The notes: generated by a model from the sequence alone, not told the origin. A stretch of 64,000 bases of DNA from Eledone cirrhosa (GCA_964016885.1 OZ024756.1:16864001-16928000), one strand, 5' to 3'; numbered from the stretch's first letter, positions 36,571 through 51,308 are shown. A program made the numbers and translations.

Positions 36571-37556
36571 ATTAAAAATACATCTTCACGTGATCATTTA
36601 ACTTATTTTCTCCAATCTAAAATTATTTTTTGCTCTCTCTCTCTCTCTCTTACTCTCTCCCACTCTCTCTTATTTCTCAGTTTCTTCCTCTCTCTCTCCC
36701 TCTCTCTTACTCTCTCCCTCACAGTCTTTCTCTCTCTCTCTCCCTGTCAGTCTCTCTCTTAACTTTTCCCCCTCTCTCTCAAGTAGTTCTCACTAAAACA
36801 TTTCGTTAAAGGACTTCGTTAATCCAACTAATGAGAGATTGCAATTCCTATACCGTTATCTCTCCAGCACCGTTAATATCATTAATTACTTTCACAGGTT
36901 AACTCACTGATAACAGGTGTTGTTGTTGTTGTTACAGCTCACACCTGTGCAGGTTTAGCTGACCCCCCCATGAAGTTTCATGTCATAAAAGGTCTCTAGG
37001 GGTTTTTTAATGGCAGTGGCTCCAGTGCTCTAACATGAACTATTTTAGAATTAGTCCTTTCCTCAGGCAGTAAATTAGCAAAGTCGTTAGAGTGTCAGAC
37101 AATGCTTTGTGGTATTCGTTCCAGCTCTGTGCTCTGAATTAAAATCTTGCCAAGGTCAACTTTACCTTTCATCCTTCCAAAGTATAAATCCTGTAATAGG
37201 CCCTAATATTTCCTCTAGATTTCTTCCTTACTTCTCTCTCTCTCAGAGAAATCAAACTGTGTTCAGACCGGGAGAGGGGTCGGCCTCAGCCAGGTTTATA
37301 GTTCCATCCAAAGAAGAAAAGAAAATCTCACCTCCTTCACACCTACACATACATATTAAATGCTGGGGGAGATAGAGAGAAAAGCAATGTACAGACAAAA
37401 ATGAGAGAGAGAGAGAGAGAATGAAAGTGAGAGAGAGAATGGGAGCGAGAGAGCGAAAGACAGTAAGAGAGAGAGAGTAGGAAGCAATGTGAAGGTTTCA
37501 AGATATCAAATGTGAAACATTAACCTCTTTCAAGTCTACTCCATCAACAGACAACT

Positions 37557-37877
37557 GCAGTGTTGGTATTAATGGCTACTAACATCCACCATTCTATAGC
37601 TCCAGCTAGCTAAAATCCTAACAGACATCAGTGTTGGTATTAATGGCTGCTAACATCCACCATTCTATAGTTCCAACTAGCTAAAATCCTAACAGACATC
37701 AGTGTTGGTATTAATGGCTGCTAACATCCACCATTCTATAGTTCCAACTAGCTAAAATCCTAACAGACATCAGTGTTGGTATTAATGGCTGCTAACATCC
37801 ACCATTCTATAGTTCCAACTAGCTAAAATCCTAACAGACATCAGTGTTGGTATTAATGGCTGCTAACATCCACCATC
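37557..37877. repeat. 71-bp tandem repeat (about 4.5 copies); last unit split by a SINE
   Basis: CAGTGTTGGTATTAATGGCTGCTAACATCCACCATTCTATAGTTCCAACTAGCT...; the unit resumes at about 38213. Confidence 0.9.
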
Positions 37878-37894
37878 TTATTCACTTCTATAGA

Positions 37895-38212
37895 AAATGC
37901 ATAGCTTAGTGGTTAGAGCATCAGGCTTACAATCATGAGGCTGTGAGTTCAATTCTCAGACTGGGCTTTGCGTTGTGTTCTTTAGACACTTTATTTCATG
38001 TTGCTCCATTTCTCTCAGCTGTGTAAATAGTTACAACGTCACTGGTGTCAAGCTGTATCAACCATTGCCTTTCCCTTGGACAACGTTGGTGGTGTGGAGA
38101 GGGGAGGCTGGTATGTATAGGTGACTGTTGCTCTTCCAAAAAACCTTGCCCAGACTTGTGCCTTGGAGGGGAACTTTCTAGGTCATTCATGACTGAAGGA
38201 GGTCTTTACCCC
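37895..38212 (+). mobile_element. CORE-type SINE family C (tail ...GGTCTTTACC)
   Basis: Head GCTTAGTGGTTAGAGC..GAGTTCAATTCTC; homologous to 60290-60620. Confidence 0.75.
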
Positions 38213-38399
38213 AGTTCCAACTAGTTAAATCCTAATCCTGCTCGCAATAATGCTGGGAATCTTCCAGGCTCTCACAACTACTGAAGCCATTAACATAAGA
38301 CCTAAGCCACATACCTTCACACAATTATTATTATGTATGTACCTGTAATTCCCAAGGGAGTTATGGGGGCACCATATTGACATGGTGGAGCCCATCTCT

Positions 38400-38640
38400 T
38401 CTCCAGGTTTGAATGCAGCAGATTTCTTCCAGAGAAGGATAAAGAGTGAGAGAATGGAAGTGAGAAAGAGATATAGAGGAAGAATTGGTTCCAGTACTAG
38501 ACTGGTACTTTTTTTATCAACCTTAAATGGATGAAAGGCAAAGTTGACCTCGGTGGGATTTGAACTCAGAGAGCAGAGAGCCAGAACGAATACAGCAAAG
38601 CATTCTATCAACATTCTAATGACTCAGCCAATTGGCCACC
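38400..38640 (-). mobile_element. Older SINE A-like copy (a + strand relative lies at about 37066-37300)
   Basis: GGATGAAAGGCAAAGTTGACCTCGGTGGGATTTGAACTC. Confidence 0.65.
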
Positions 38641-39148
38641 CTAATCATTTAATATAATTAGAGATGACCAGAAAAAAATAAAAATAAAAACAAACAAACA
38701 AAAAATAAATGGAAACTACAATGGATGTTATGAGAGTTTATCAGACAAATAGTTGTTTATATAATTGTTGTTAATTATTTATTTAAAATGTTTCCATTTC
38801 AGTGACTATCTCTCCCCTTTCCGTTGCTAATACCCCAGAGAATGGAACACAAACTATGTAATCAGACATCCTCCTCCATTCCTCCTCCAGCTCCTCCCCC
38901 TCTTCCTCTCGTGAGAGATCGAAGGATATTTGTCAAAATATGAAATCAATATTTATTCCTCTGTTCTTCTCATACTTTCCTGAAAACTGGTTGGTTTCGT
39001 GTCTGAAATATTTTGTGAAAAATAACCATAACATGTTATGTGTAGAAGTAGTAGTACTAGCAGCAGTAGTAGTAATAGTAGTAGTACCAGCAGTTATTGT
39101 TGTAGTTGCTTTTGCTGTAGTTGTTTTTATTGTTGTAGTCGGTGTCTT

Positions 39149-39180
<32 letters not shown>

Positions 39181-39694
39181 CTATTGCTGTTAATCCTCAG
39201 CAGACCAGCCATATCTAATATGTCTTTATTTCACCCAATGTATCTAGGATTCCATTACCCAATATGTGCTTCCTATTTTTTTTTAAGGCTGCCAGTCAGT
39301 ATGGTTTGAGGGAGAATTGACTACCACTTCTAGCAGATTAAGAGACCAAGAATCATTAAAATGGTTGATGCTACTTTGAAACATTTAAAGTTTGAATCTA
39401 GGCTCCACTACATCTCAAAAATTGTTATGTCCCCTCTTTTGATATGAAAACAGCCATCATCAACTGCAAAGTGTCAACAAATTGGTGTATAGGTGGTACC
39501 AGATACCCAATAACATGTGTGGAGGAGGTGAGACAGGAGTTTCTAACAGTAATATTTACTGAAGTTGCCTTGGTAGAAAAATAATAAGGTAAAACCTGAA
39601 GTTTGTTCCCATTAACATTTTCAAATTGCTCCCCTGTTGGGCATGCCCCTCACTCTAGGAATCACTGACCTAGGGCCTCATGATTATGAAGCAA

Positions 39695-39925
39695 ACTCCT
39701 TAAGCACACAGTCATGCCTACATCTTACATCCACCTCACCAAACTCCCTAACCACACAGCCATACCTATATCTTACATCCACCCTACCAAACTTTCTAAC
39801 CACACAGCCACACCTACATCTTACATCCACCTCACCAAACTCCCTAACCACAAAGCCATTCCTACATCTTACATCCACCCTACCAGACTCCCTAACCACA
39901 CAGCTATACCTATAATCCACCTCAC
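39695..39925. repeat. 39-bp minisatellite
   Basis: CTAACCACACAGCCATACCTACATCTTACATCCACC-type units. Confidence 0.85.
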
Positions 39926-40201
39926 CAGTAATACTGTACATATCAAAAGCTCAGCAAACATTTTTTATCAATTTCATTGAATATTTTACAAACACCCAGA
40001 GTTTAGTGAACAAAATACATATTATAGGAGATCAAATCTCATTATCAGTCATTAGTTTAATTAAAGAGGAAAACAAATGATGTTGTGTGACAGAAACCCA
40101 TATCATCAATTCTATAATCTCTAATAGAATTAATAATATTGATTAAAACTTGGGTGAATTCATTAATTTTCTAAAACTATCAAAAGTCAATTCCACTGTA
40201 T

Positions 40202-40757
40202 TTATTGTACTTGTTTATAACACCACAGTATAGTTAGTAAAACAGCCAGCTGAAAGAGCAGCCTAACCCTCTTACAAGGTATTATTGTACTTGTTTATAA
40301 CACCACAGTATATTTAGTAAAACAGCCGGCTGAGAGAGCAGCCTAGTCCTCTTACAAGGTATTATTGTACTTGTTTATAATACCACAGTATATTTAGTAA
40401 AACAGCCGGCTGAGAGAGCAGCCTAGTCCTCTTACAAGGTATTATTGTACTTGTTTATAATACCACAATATATTTAGTAAAACAGCCGACTGAGAGAGCA
40501 GCCTAGTCCTCTTACAAGGTATTATTGTACTTGTTTATAATACCACAATATATTTAGTAAAACAGCCGGCTGAGAGAGCAGCCTAGTCCTCTTACAAGGT
40601 ATTATTGTACTTGTTTATAATACCACAGTATATTTAGTAAAACAGCTAGCTGAGAGAGCCTACTAATCCTCAAACAAGGTATATATTGGATTGTTTATAA
40701 CACCATAGTACATTTAGTAAAACAACCAGCTGAGAAAGCAGCCTAGTCCTCTTACAA
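40202..40757. repeat. 80-bp tandem repeat, about 7 copies
   Basis: TTATTGTACTTGTTTATAA..CCACAGTATATTTAGTAAAACAGCCGGCTGAGAGAGCAGCCTAGTCCTCTTACAAGGT. Confidence 0.93.
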
Positions 40758-40904
40758 AGCAGGGCTTTCCAATGTGGGATAAATTTACCCACAGATGAGA
40801 GATTTTGCTGACTCTAGGGGTAAATTTGCTCTTTCAACAACAGTGCCAAGAATCTCCACACCATAGGTGAAAAACAAGAATAAATCTCATTGATTAATGT
40901 GTTC

Positions 40905-42200
40905 CCATTGACTGACTGTATTTAGTCCTAGTACCAGTATCAATTTACACTGACTGACTATATTTAGTCCTAGCATTGGTATCTGTTGACACTGACTGAC
41001 TATATTTAGTCCTAGCATTGGTATCTGTTGACACTGACTGACTGTATTTAGTCCTAGCATTGGTATCTGTTGACACTGACTGACTGTATTTAGTCCTAGC
41101 ATTGGTATCTGTTGACACTGACTGACTGTATTTAGTCCTAGTACCAATATATGTTCATACTCAATAAATATTTAGTCCTAGTACTGGTATCTGTTAATAC
41201 TGACTGTATTTAGTCCTAGTACTGGTATCTATTTACACTGACTGACTGTATTTAGTCCTAGAACTGGTATCTATTTACACTGACTGACTGTATTTAGTCC
41301 TAGAACTGGTATCTATTTACACTGACTGACTGTATTTAGTCCTAGTACTGGTATCTGTTAATACTGACTGACTATATTTAGTCCTAGTACTGGTATCTGT
41401 TAATACTGACTGTATTTAGTCCTAGTACTGGTATCTGTTGACACTGACTGAATTTAGTTCTAGTACCAGTATCTGTTAATACTGACTGACTGAATTTAGT
41501 TCTAGTACCAGTATCTGTTAATACTGACTGACTGAATTTAGTTCTAGTACCAGTATCTGTTAACACTGACTGACTGTATTTAGTCCTAGCACTGGTATCT
41601 GTTCACACTGACTGACTGTATTTAGTCCTAGTACCAGTATCTGTTGACACTGACTGACTGTATTTAGTCCTAGTGCTGGTATCTATTGACACTGACTGAC
41701 TGTATTTAGTCCTAGTACTGGTATCTGTTCACACTGACTGACTGTATTTAGTCCTAGTACCAGTATCTGTTGACACTGACTGACTGTATTTAGTCCTAGT
41801 GCTGGTATCTGTTGACACTGACTGACTGTATTTAGTCCTAGTACCATTATCTGTTAATACTGACTGTATTTAGTCTTAGCACTAGTATCTGTTAATACTG
41901 ACTGTATTTAGTCATAGAATTGGTATCTGTTCAGACTGACTGTATTTAGTCCCAGTACCAGTATCTGTTAATACTGACTGACTGTATTTAGTCTTAGCAT
42001 TGGTATCTGTTGACACTGTCTGACTGTATTTAGTCCTAGCACTAGTATCTGTTGACACTGACTGACTGTATTTAGTCCTAGCACTAGTATCTGTTGACAC
42101 TGACTGACTGTATTTAGTCCTAGCACTAGTATCTGTTGACACTGACTGACTGTATTTAGTCCTAGCACTAGTATCTGTTGTCACTGACTGACTGCATTTG
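40905..42200. repeat. About 38-42-bp minisatellite, about 30 copies
   Basis: CTGACTGACTGTATTTAGTCCTAGTACTGGTATCTGTTGACA. Confidence 0.93.
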
Positions 42201-43227
42201 TTTCTACCTAGTACCAGTAAATGAAATAACATTATTTTGTGTTATTTCGATTCAAACCTAAAATAATGATGTTAATATCAATATTTTTAAATGTTCACCT
42301 CGGTTAGTCAGTTTCTGTATGATGGTAGAGATGTAAACCTCAAATTACTGAACAAAATTGTGAGGAGGTGAATTTACTTTCGAAAAGTTGCCTCAGAGTA
42401 AATGGGATGAATAAGGTTGACAACGCAAGTTACAAGGGTTTCAGATGCAACATTAAGGAAACTACCAAAATATTGGTCTTTTGTTAAAGAATATAATTAT
42501 TTTTCCATAATAAAACTATTTTATTATTCCAGGGCATATAATAATAAAAACTTATTTGGTTTTTTTTCTAATAATGGCTGAAACCTGACAGTGGAAACAC
42601 AACAACTTGTGTCCTTTGTGATTAATTTTTCTCTTTCAGTATTTCTGTCACGAGAGAACGATGGAGGAGGAGAAGAAGAAGAAGAAGAAGACACAATTAT
42701 TGATTGAATCATACAAGTTGCAGGCAGATTAAGAAACATGAGGAAACATGAGTTGAAGTTGCTTTCTTGTATGCTGCCATCAGTTTGTTTGTGTGTGCCT
42801 GTATGTATGCATTTGTGTGTGTGTGTCTGTAGGTGAGTGTGTGCGAGAGTGAGTGTGTGTCTGTAGGTGAGTGTGTGTGTATGTCTTGATAAGTATATGT
42901 GTGCGTTTGTGTGAATGTGATTGTAGAAGTTATCACCCCTCAAGTAGTTGCTCAGTTCCGTCACAACAAAAGACCAACTCTCACCATCAAACAGCTGCTC
43001 TCCTCCACAGAATAGAGAGAAATGCCACATGGATTTCAATACACAACACACAATAACAGAGAATTAGCAATAGCAAGGATTAGATTAATATATATATACA
43101 CACATATATATATATATAAATAAACATATACATATATATATGTATATACATATATATATATATACAATATATATATATATATACAATATTTATATATGTA
43201 TATATATATATATAGATATATATATAT

Positions 43228-43685
43228 AAGGAACGATCGACTTTCGTCAAATCGGACCGAGGGAACAATGTTTCCGTTGGTCTTTCCAATTGCTAATACT
43301 ATCTATCGGTCGCAACTCCAGGTAGAAGGAGCAATGTGAAATAAAGTGTCTTGCTCAAGGACATAACGCATCGCCTGGTCCAGGAATCGAACTCACAACC
43401 TTACGATTGCGAATCCAATTCTCTAACTACCCCGCCATATGCTTTATTTTACATTGCTCCAGTTTACTCAACTGTAGAAATGAGATGATAGGGACTGGGT
43501 TCCCTATTATTCCACTGCAAAGTGGACGTGTAGGCGCCATGGCAAAAAAGCACCCAGCATTCACTGTAAATGAGGTTGGTGTTAGGAAGGGCATCCAGCT
43601 GTAGAAATCAAGCCAGAATCAGTTCCCATCCCACCCTTGCAAGCAGGGAAAAGCGGACGTAAAATGAAATGAATGATGATGATAT
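43228..43685. mobile_element. Minus-strand CORE-SINE (43228-43410) joined head-to-head with a 5'-truncated family B SINE (43420-43685, +)
   Basis: CORE segments in opposite orientations; TA tracts on both sides. Confidence 0.75.
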
Positions 43686-43728
43686 ACATATATAATATAT
43701 ATGTATATATATATATACATATTTATAT

Positions 43729-43782
<54 letters not shown>

Positions 43783-43784
43783 CA

Positions 43785-43819
<35 letters not shown>

Positions 43820-43892
43820 ATATATGTATATATATACAATATATATATATATGTATATATATACAATATATATATATATGTATATATATACA

Positions 43893-43940
<48 letters not shown>

Positions 43941-43950
43941 TATATATGTA

Positions 43951-44295
43951 TATCATCATCATTCATTTCATTTTACGTCCGCTTTTCCCTGCTTGCAAGG
44001 GTGGGACGGGAACTGATTCTGGCTTGATTTTTACAGCTGGATGCCCTTCCTAACACCAACCTCATTTACAGTGAGTGCTGGGTGCTTTTTTGCCGTGGCG
44101 CCTACACGTCCACTTTGCAGTGGAATAATAGGGAACCCAGTCCCTATCATCTCATTTCTACAGTTGAGTAAACTGGAGCAATGTCATATAAAGTGTCTTG
44201 CTCAAGGAAACAACACATCAGCCGGTCTGAGAATTGAACTCACAACCTTTCGATTGCAAGGCCAATGCTCTAACCACTAAGCCATGTGCCTCCAT
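43951..44295 (-). mobile_element. Full-length SINE family B
   Basis: Same structure as 18698-19086 and 55176-55525. Confidence 0.88.
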
Positions 44296-44378
44296 ATATA
44301 TATATACATATATACATATACAATATATATGTATATATATATATACATATATACAATATATATATATACATATATACA

Positions 44379-44409
<31 letters not shown>

Positions 44410-44631
44410 CATATATACAATATATATATATGTATATATATATACATATATACAATATATATATATGTATATATATATATACACATATATACAATATATA
44501 TATATGTATATATATATATACATATATACAATATATATATATGTATATATGTATATACATATATACAATATATATGTATATATATATACATATATACAAT
44601 ATATATGTATATATATATACATATATACAAT

Positions 44632-44818
44632 ATACAGTGTGGGCTGGGTGCTTTTTTGCCGTGGCACCTCCACGAACACTTTGCAGTGGGTGAGTGTGGG
44701 GGCATATTGTCTATATGCTTCAGCTTGTACCCATGTGAGGTCGGGTACTCTGTATTACTGCGTGACGCCAGAGGTGACGGTCATGTGTCATCGCCTTTGA
44801 GAGGTGTAATTGGGTAAG
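44632..44818 (-). mobile_element. RTE-1 fragment head-to-head with CR1a copy 2
   Basis: Encodes [33 protein letters not shown]. Confidence 0.85.
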
Positions 44819-44834
44819 ATCGTATGTATATATA

Positions 44835-46970
44835 TTAAGAACTATAAACAAATCTAAGAGCAGAATCCCTAGAAATAGAAAAACGCTCATCAGAAAAATT
44901 AAGAGAACGAACAAAAAAAATCAACAAGCTGAAATACTGTCAGCAGCAACACATCAACTTGACTGCCATTTCATCACTAGAGATTAAAAAACATAACCTC
45001 CAAAACAACATAATGTCCCTCATCAACAATCAGAGAAGAGCTGAAGAGGCCTGGGCCATTGAGAAGATCAAACTCAATCCCAAAGTGTTCTTTTCATTTG
45101 CAAAAAAACACAAAATCACTGGCTCTACTGTTGGCCCTCTAATTGATGAAAATGGCACTCTTCAAGACAATGCTAAAACCATGGGTGAGATACTGCAGAA
45201 ACAATACTGCTCTGTTTTCAGCAATCCTGATATGGCCGATCTGGGCTGTATCGGCGATGTTACTCCCCATTACACCTTATCGGACATAACGTTTGGCGCC
45301 CCTGATGTCTTGGCGGCAATAAAGGAAATCAAGCATAATTCAGCAGTAGGTCCCGATAGGTTCCCTGCTTGTGTCTTGAAGGCGTGTCAACACCAACTTG
45401 CATCTCCTCTTGCCAATCTGTGGCGGAACTCACTGGATGCTGGATATGTGCCAGAAAACCTTCTATCCCAGTCTGTTGTCCCAGTTTTCAAAAAGAGAAA
45501 CAAATCCCTTGCCGTGAATTACCGTCCAATCTCACTCACCTCTCATATCATTAAGGTATTTGAGAGAGTGGTGAGATCGCGAATGACCCACTTCCTTGAG
45601 AGTAACAATATGCTGAACTCCAACCAGCATGGATTCCGTAATGGAAGGGATTGCCTGACGCAGCTACTGCATCACTTTGATGACATTTTGAGAGCCTTGG
45701 GAGAGGGTTCCAACACTGATGTTATCTACCTTGATTTCAGCAAGGCCTTTGACAGGGTTGATCATAACATTCTACTGAGAAAGCTGTCCAATATTGGTGT
45801 CACTGGAAAGCTGCTGCAGTGGATCAAGAGCTTCCTGTCAAACAGAACCCAACATGTTGTAGTTGAGGGAGTCAAATCAAGCCCAGCCAAAGTCAGTAGT
45901 GGGGTCCCACAAGGCACTGTGTTGGGCCCACTTCTCTTCATCATCTATATTAATGACATCACTGACATCATCAAACACAGCAACATTAAAATTTTCGCTG
46001 ATGATTCCAAGCTCCAAAAGGTCATCAATGGCGTGGATGACCGGATAAGCCTTCAGTCAGACCTACTGGCTGTTACCCAATGGGCAGAAAAGAACAACAT
46101 GTTACTGAATGAAGACAAATTCGAACTGATCCACTTTGGAAAAGAGGATGCTCTGAAACTCCCGTACTCCCTTCCCTCCGGGGAAACTCTCGTGGCATCT
46201 AACAACATCAGAGACTTGGGAGTAACCGTGGACAGCAACATAAGCTGGACCACGCATATAAGCAGCAAAGTTGACATGGCCCGCAGAATGTGTTCCTGGA
46301 TCCTCAGAACCTTCCAGTCGAGAGATTCCCGCACCATTATCCTTCTCTTCTCTACTTTTGCCCGACCACACCTTGAATACTGTTGTCCACTGTGGTCTCC
46401 CCACACGAAACAAAGTATCATGAAACTTGAAGCTCCTCAAAGGGCAATCACGAAAAAGATAGATGGCATGTCAGACCTTGACTACTGGGGTCGATTAGAA
46501 AACCTGAAACTTTACTCACTCCAACGTCGCCGTGAGCGTTATATTATCTGCATGATGTGGAAAATGTTCCATCATCACTGCCCAAATGATGTTGGCATCG
46601 CCTTCAAGATACACCCAAGGCTTGGGCCCCGTGCTATCCGTCCCATTCAAAAATCTAAATCGCAACTCATAACAACAATACGGCACAATTATTTCACCTC
46701 AATCGGCCCTGCTCTCTTCAACATCACACCAGGACACGTAAAAACAGAAACTGACCACACAAAATTCAAGAAGTCTTTGGACAAATTCCTCCAAGTAATC
46801 CCAGACAAACCACCCACACCCGGATATGTCTTCGCAAACAGTAATTCTCTTCTCGAATGGGCCATGGTGCCCAAATCCTGAATTGAAAGACTTCGCCAGG
46901 TGGTGCTATTAAGTTAGACATGGCCTGGGCCAATACTGGCCAAAACATTTCAAAGTTATTCAAAGTTATA
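44835..46970 (+). mobile_element. 5'-truncated CR1a copy (RT reading frame 44959-46881 open)
   Basis: Matches about 15167-17300 with only a few substitutions (KGNK>KRNK, SIAP>SIGP, VSAN>VFAN) and an extra A near 44915. Confidence 0.95.
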
Positions 46971-47723
46971 TATATACATATATACATGTATATATATATA
47001 CATATATACATGTATATATATATACATATACATATACATATATACATATATACATGTATATATATATATACATATATACATGTATATATATATATACATG
47101 TATATATATATATACATATATACATGTATATATATATATACATATATACATATATATATATATATACATATATACATATATATATACATATATACATATA
47201 TACATATATACATATATATATACATACATATATACATATATATATACATATATACATATATATATACATATATACATATATACATATATATATACATATA
47301 TACATATATACATATATACATATATATATACATACATATATATATACATATATACATATATACATATATATATACATACATATATACATATATACATATA
47401 TATATACATACATATATATATACATATATACATATATATATACATATATACATATATATATACATACATATATATATACATATATACATATATATATACA
47501 TATATACATATATACATGTATATATATATATACATATACACATATATACATATATATATACATATATACATATATACATATATACATGTATATATATATA
47601 TATACATATACACATATATACATATATATATACATATATACATATATATATACATATATACATATATATATACATATATACATATATATATACATATATA
47701 CATATATACATGTATATATATAT

Positions 47724-48175
47724 GGTGGCTGCCAACTCGTTTTCGAGTACGGCCACTACTTCATATCCATGTAGGAGAACCCCTACCGATGCGCTGAACG
47801 AGTGCGACTTTTTAGTCCAGCCAGCAACTTGAAAAGTCTGGTACAAACACTACACCTGTGACAATTATTGACACATAGTGCTGGGCCCATGGTACCATGT
47901 GACGACAAGTGCAGAGAGATCTCCAGATATAAAGCAATGCCTGTGCCGTGAAGCTTTTATAGTGAGCAAAGGCACTGCACAAAGCCAGTCTCACTCTCTT
48001 AACCAAGATGATATTTACCAAAAAGAAGAACAAGTCAACATCATTGGATACCATCAGGGTTGCAGGTGTTATATCAAAGTTTTCCTTCTTCTAGAATTCT
48101 GCCTTGACGAAGGCTAAGGGGTCATCTCTCCCGGTGATTTTGGATGGCCATTGACTCTTTAGAGCTCTTTTGCCC
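47724..48175 (-). mobile_element. Unidentified 452-bp element X with a terminal stem-loop, copy 1
   Basis: Complex sequence embedded in TA microsatellite; apparently identical copy 988 bp downstream; tip copy at 17851; strand inferred from the truncation pattern. Confidence 0.6.
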
Positions 48176-48233
48176 ATATATACATATATACATATATACA
48201 TGTATATATATATATACATATACACATATATAC

Positions 48234-48266
<33 letters not shown>

Positions 48267-48711
48267 CATATACACATATATACATATATATATATATACA
48301 TATATACATGTATATATATATATACATATACACATATATACATATATATATACATATATACATGTATATATATATATACATATACACATATATACATATA
48401 TATATATATACATATATACATGTATATATATATATACATATATACATGTATATATATATATACATATATACATGTATATATATATATACATATATACATG
48501 TATATATATATATACATATATACATGTATATATATATATACATATATACATGTATATATATATATACATATATACATGTATATATATATATACATATACA
48601 CATATATACATATATATATACATATATACATATATATATACATATATACATATATATATACATATATACATATATATATACATATATACATATATACATG
48701 TATATATATAT

Positions 48712-49163
48712 GGTGGCTGCCAACTCGTTTTCGAGTACGGCCACTACTTCATATCCATGTAGGAGAACCCCTACCGATGCGCTGAACGAGTGCGACTTTT
48801 TAGTCCAGCCAGCAACTTGAAAAGTCTGGTACAAACACTACACCTGTGACAATTATTGACACATAGTGCTGGGCCCATGGTACCATGTGACGACAAGTGC
48901 AGAGAGATCTCCAGATATAAAGCAATGCCTGTGCCGTGAAGCTTTTATAGTGAGCAAAGGCACTGCACAAAGCCAGTCTCACTCTCTTAACCAAGATGAT
49001 ATTTACCAAAAAGAAGAACAAGTCAACATCATTGGATACCATCAGGGTTGCAGGTGTTATATCAAAGTTTTCCTTCTTCTAGAATTCTGCCTTGACGAAG
49101 GCTAAGGGGTCATCTCTCCCGGTGATTTTGGATGGCCATTGACTCTTTAGAGCTCTTTTGCCC
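48712..49163 (-). mobile_element. Element X copy 2 (988-bp tandem duplication)
   Basis: Matches 47724-48175, including the flanking microsatellite variants. Confidence 0.6.
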
Positions 49164-49221
49164 ATATATACATATATACATATATACATGTATATATATA
49201 TATACATATACACATATATAC

Positions 49222-49254
<33 letters not shown>

Positions 49255-51030
49255 CATATACACATATATACATATATATATATATACATATATACATGTA
49301 TATATATATATACATATACACATATATACATATATATATACATATATACATGTATATATATATATACATATACACATATATACATATATATATATATACA
49401 TATATACATGTATATATATATATACATATATACATGTATATATATACATATATACATGTATATATATATATACATATATACATGTATATATATATATACA
49501 TATATACATGTATATATATATATACATATATACATGTATATATATATATACATATATACATGTATATATATATATACATATATACATATATACATGTATA
49601 TATATATATACATGTATATATATATATATACATATATACATATATACATGTATATATATATATATACATATATACATATATATACATATATATACATATA
49701 TACATATATATACATATATACATATATATACATATATACATGTATATATATATATACATGTATATATATATATACATATACATGTATATATATATATACA
49801 TATACATACATATATATATATACATATACATACATATATACATGTATATATATATATACATATACATACATATATACATGTATATATATATATATACATA
49901 TACATACATATATACATGTATATATATATATACATATATACATACATATATACATGTATATATATATATACATATATACATATACATATATACATATATA
50001 TACATATATACATATATACATGTATATATATATACATATATACATATATATACATATATACATATATACATATATATACATATATACATATATTCATGTA
50101 TATATATATACATATATACATGTATATATATATACATATATACATATATATACATATATACATATATACATATATACATATATACATATATATACATATA
50201 TACATATATTCATGTATATATATATACATATATACATGTATATATATATACATATATACATTATATATATATACATATATACATTATATATATATACATA
50301 TATACATGTATATATATATACATATATACATGTATATATATACATATATACATGTATATATATATACATATATACATGTATATATATATACATATATACA
50401 TGTATATATATATACATATATACATGTATATATATATACATATATATACATATATACATGTATATATATATACATATATACATGTATATATATATACATA
50501 TATACATATGTACATGTATATATACATATATACATATGTACATGTATATATACATATATACATATGTACATGTATATATACATGTATATATATATGTATA
50601 TATACATATGTACATATACATATATACATATATACATGTATATATATATGTATATATACATATGTACATATACATACATATACACATGTATATATATATA
50701 TATATACATACATATACATACATATATATATATATACATACATATACATACATATATATATACATACATATACATACATATATATATACATATACATACA
50801 TGTTCATACATATATATACATCTACATACATATACATACACACATGCATATAGATGTGTCTGTATGTATATGTAAGTCTGTAGGTGTACAGGTATGTGTA
50901 TGTATGTGTGTATGTTTAAATATATATATACATGTATACATATATATGCATATATGTATGGATGTGTGTGTATGTGTATATATGTGTGTGTGTGTGTGTA
51001 TATATATGGGCTGTATGTATGTTTACATGT
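49164..51030. repeat. About 1.9-kb (TA/TACA/TACATG)n microsatellite
   Basis: Direct reading. Confidence 0.95.
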
Positions 51031-51278
51031 AGGGAAGTAAATATGTGAGCTAGCATGACCCCCCCCCCCATCTCCCCTCCAAAACCAATATCAACAACAT
51101 ACATTTCTGACAAATGCGACAAAGTTCTCCAGGAAAGTTATTCTTTTTTATTACTTATTTCCCACTCTCTCTGTCCCTCCAAAATATATCTTCTCTACCT
51201 CATCTCTTAGTCCAGTTGCCTTTTATTCAGAGTGGATAGCAGTGGAAATATTTTTACTGCAGGATGCGACCAACTTAC

Positions 51279-51308
51279 CTCGCACTTTGAAACCGTTTTG
51301 AAATCTTT
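51279..51308 (-). other. Candidate 30-nt micro-exon of a host gene
   Basis: Minus strand reads TTGCATTTCTTCAG|AAAGATTTCAAAACGGTTTCAAAGTGCGAG|GTAAGT; all three frames are open. Confidence 0.35.

Noticed and set aside
42625-42710. Plus-strand acceptor followed by a Glu- or Lys-rich short reading frame
   Set aside because: (GAA)n simple repeat with early stops and no supporting donor or homology.
47878-48117. 79-aa ORF in element X as a GIY-YIG C-terminus
   Set aside because: Only vague resemblance (REAFIV..SLNQDD), no GIY/YIG motifs, and stops upstream.
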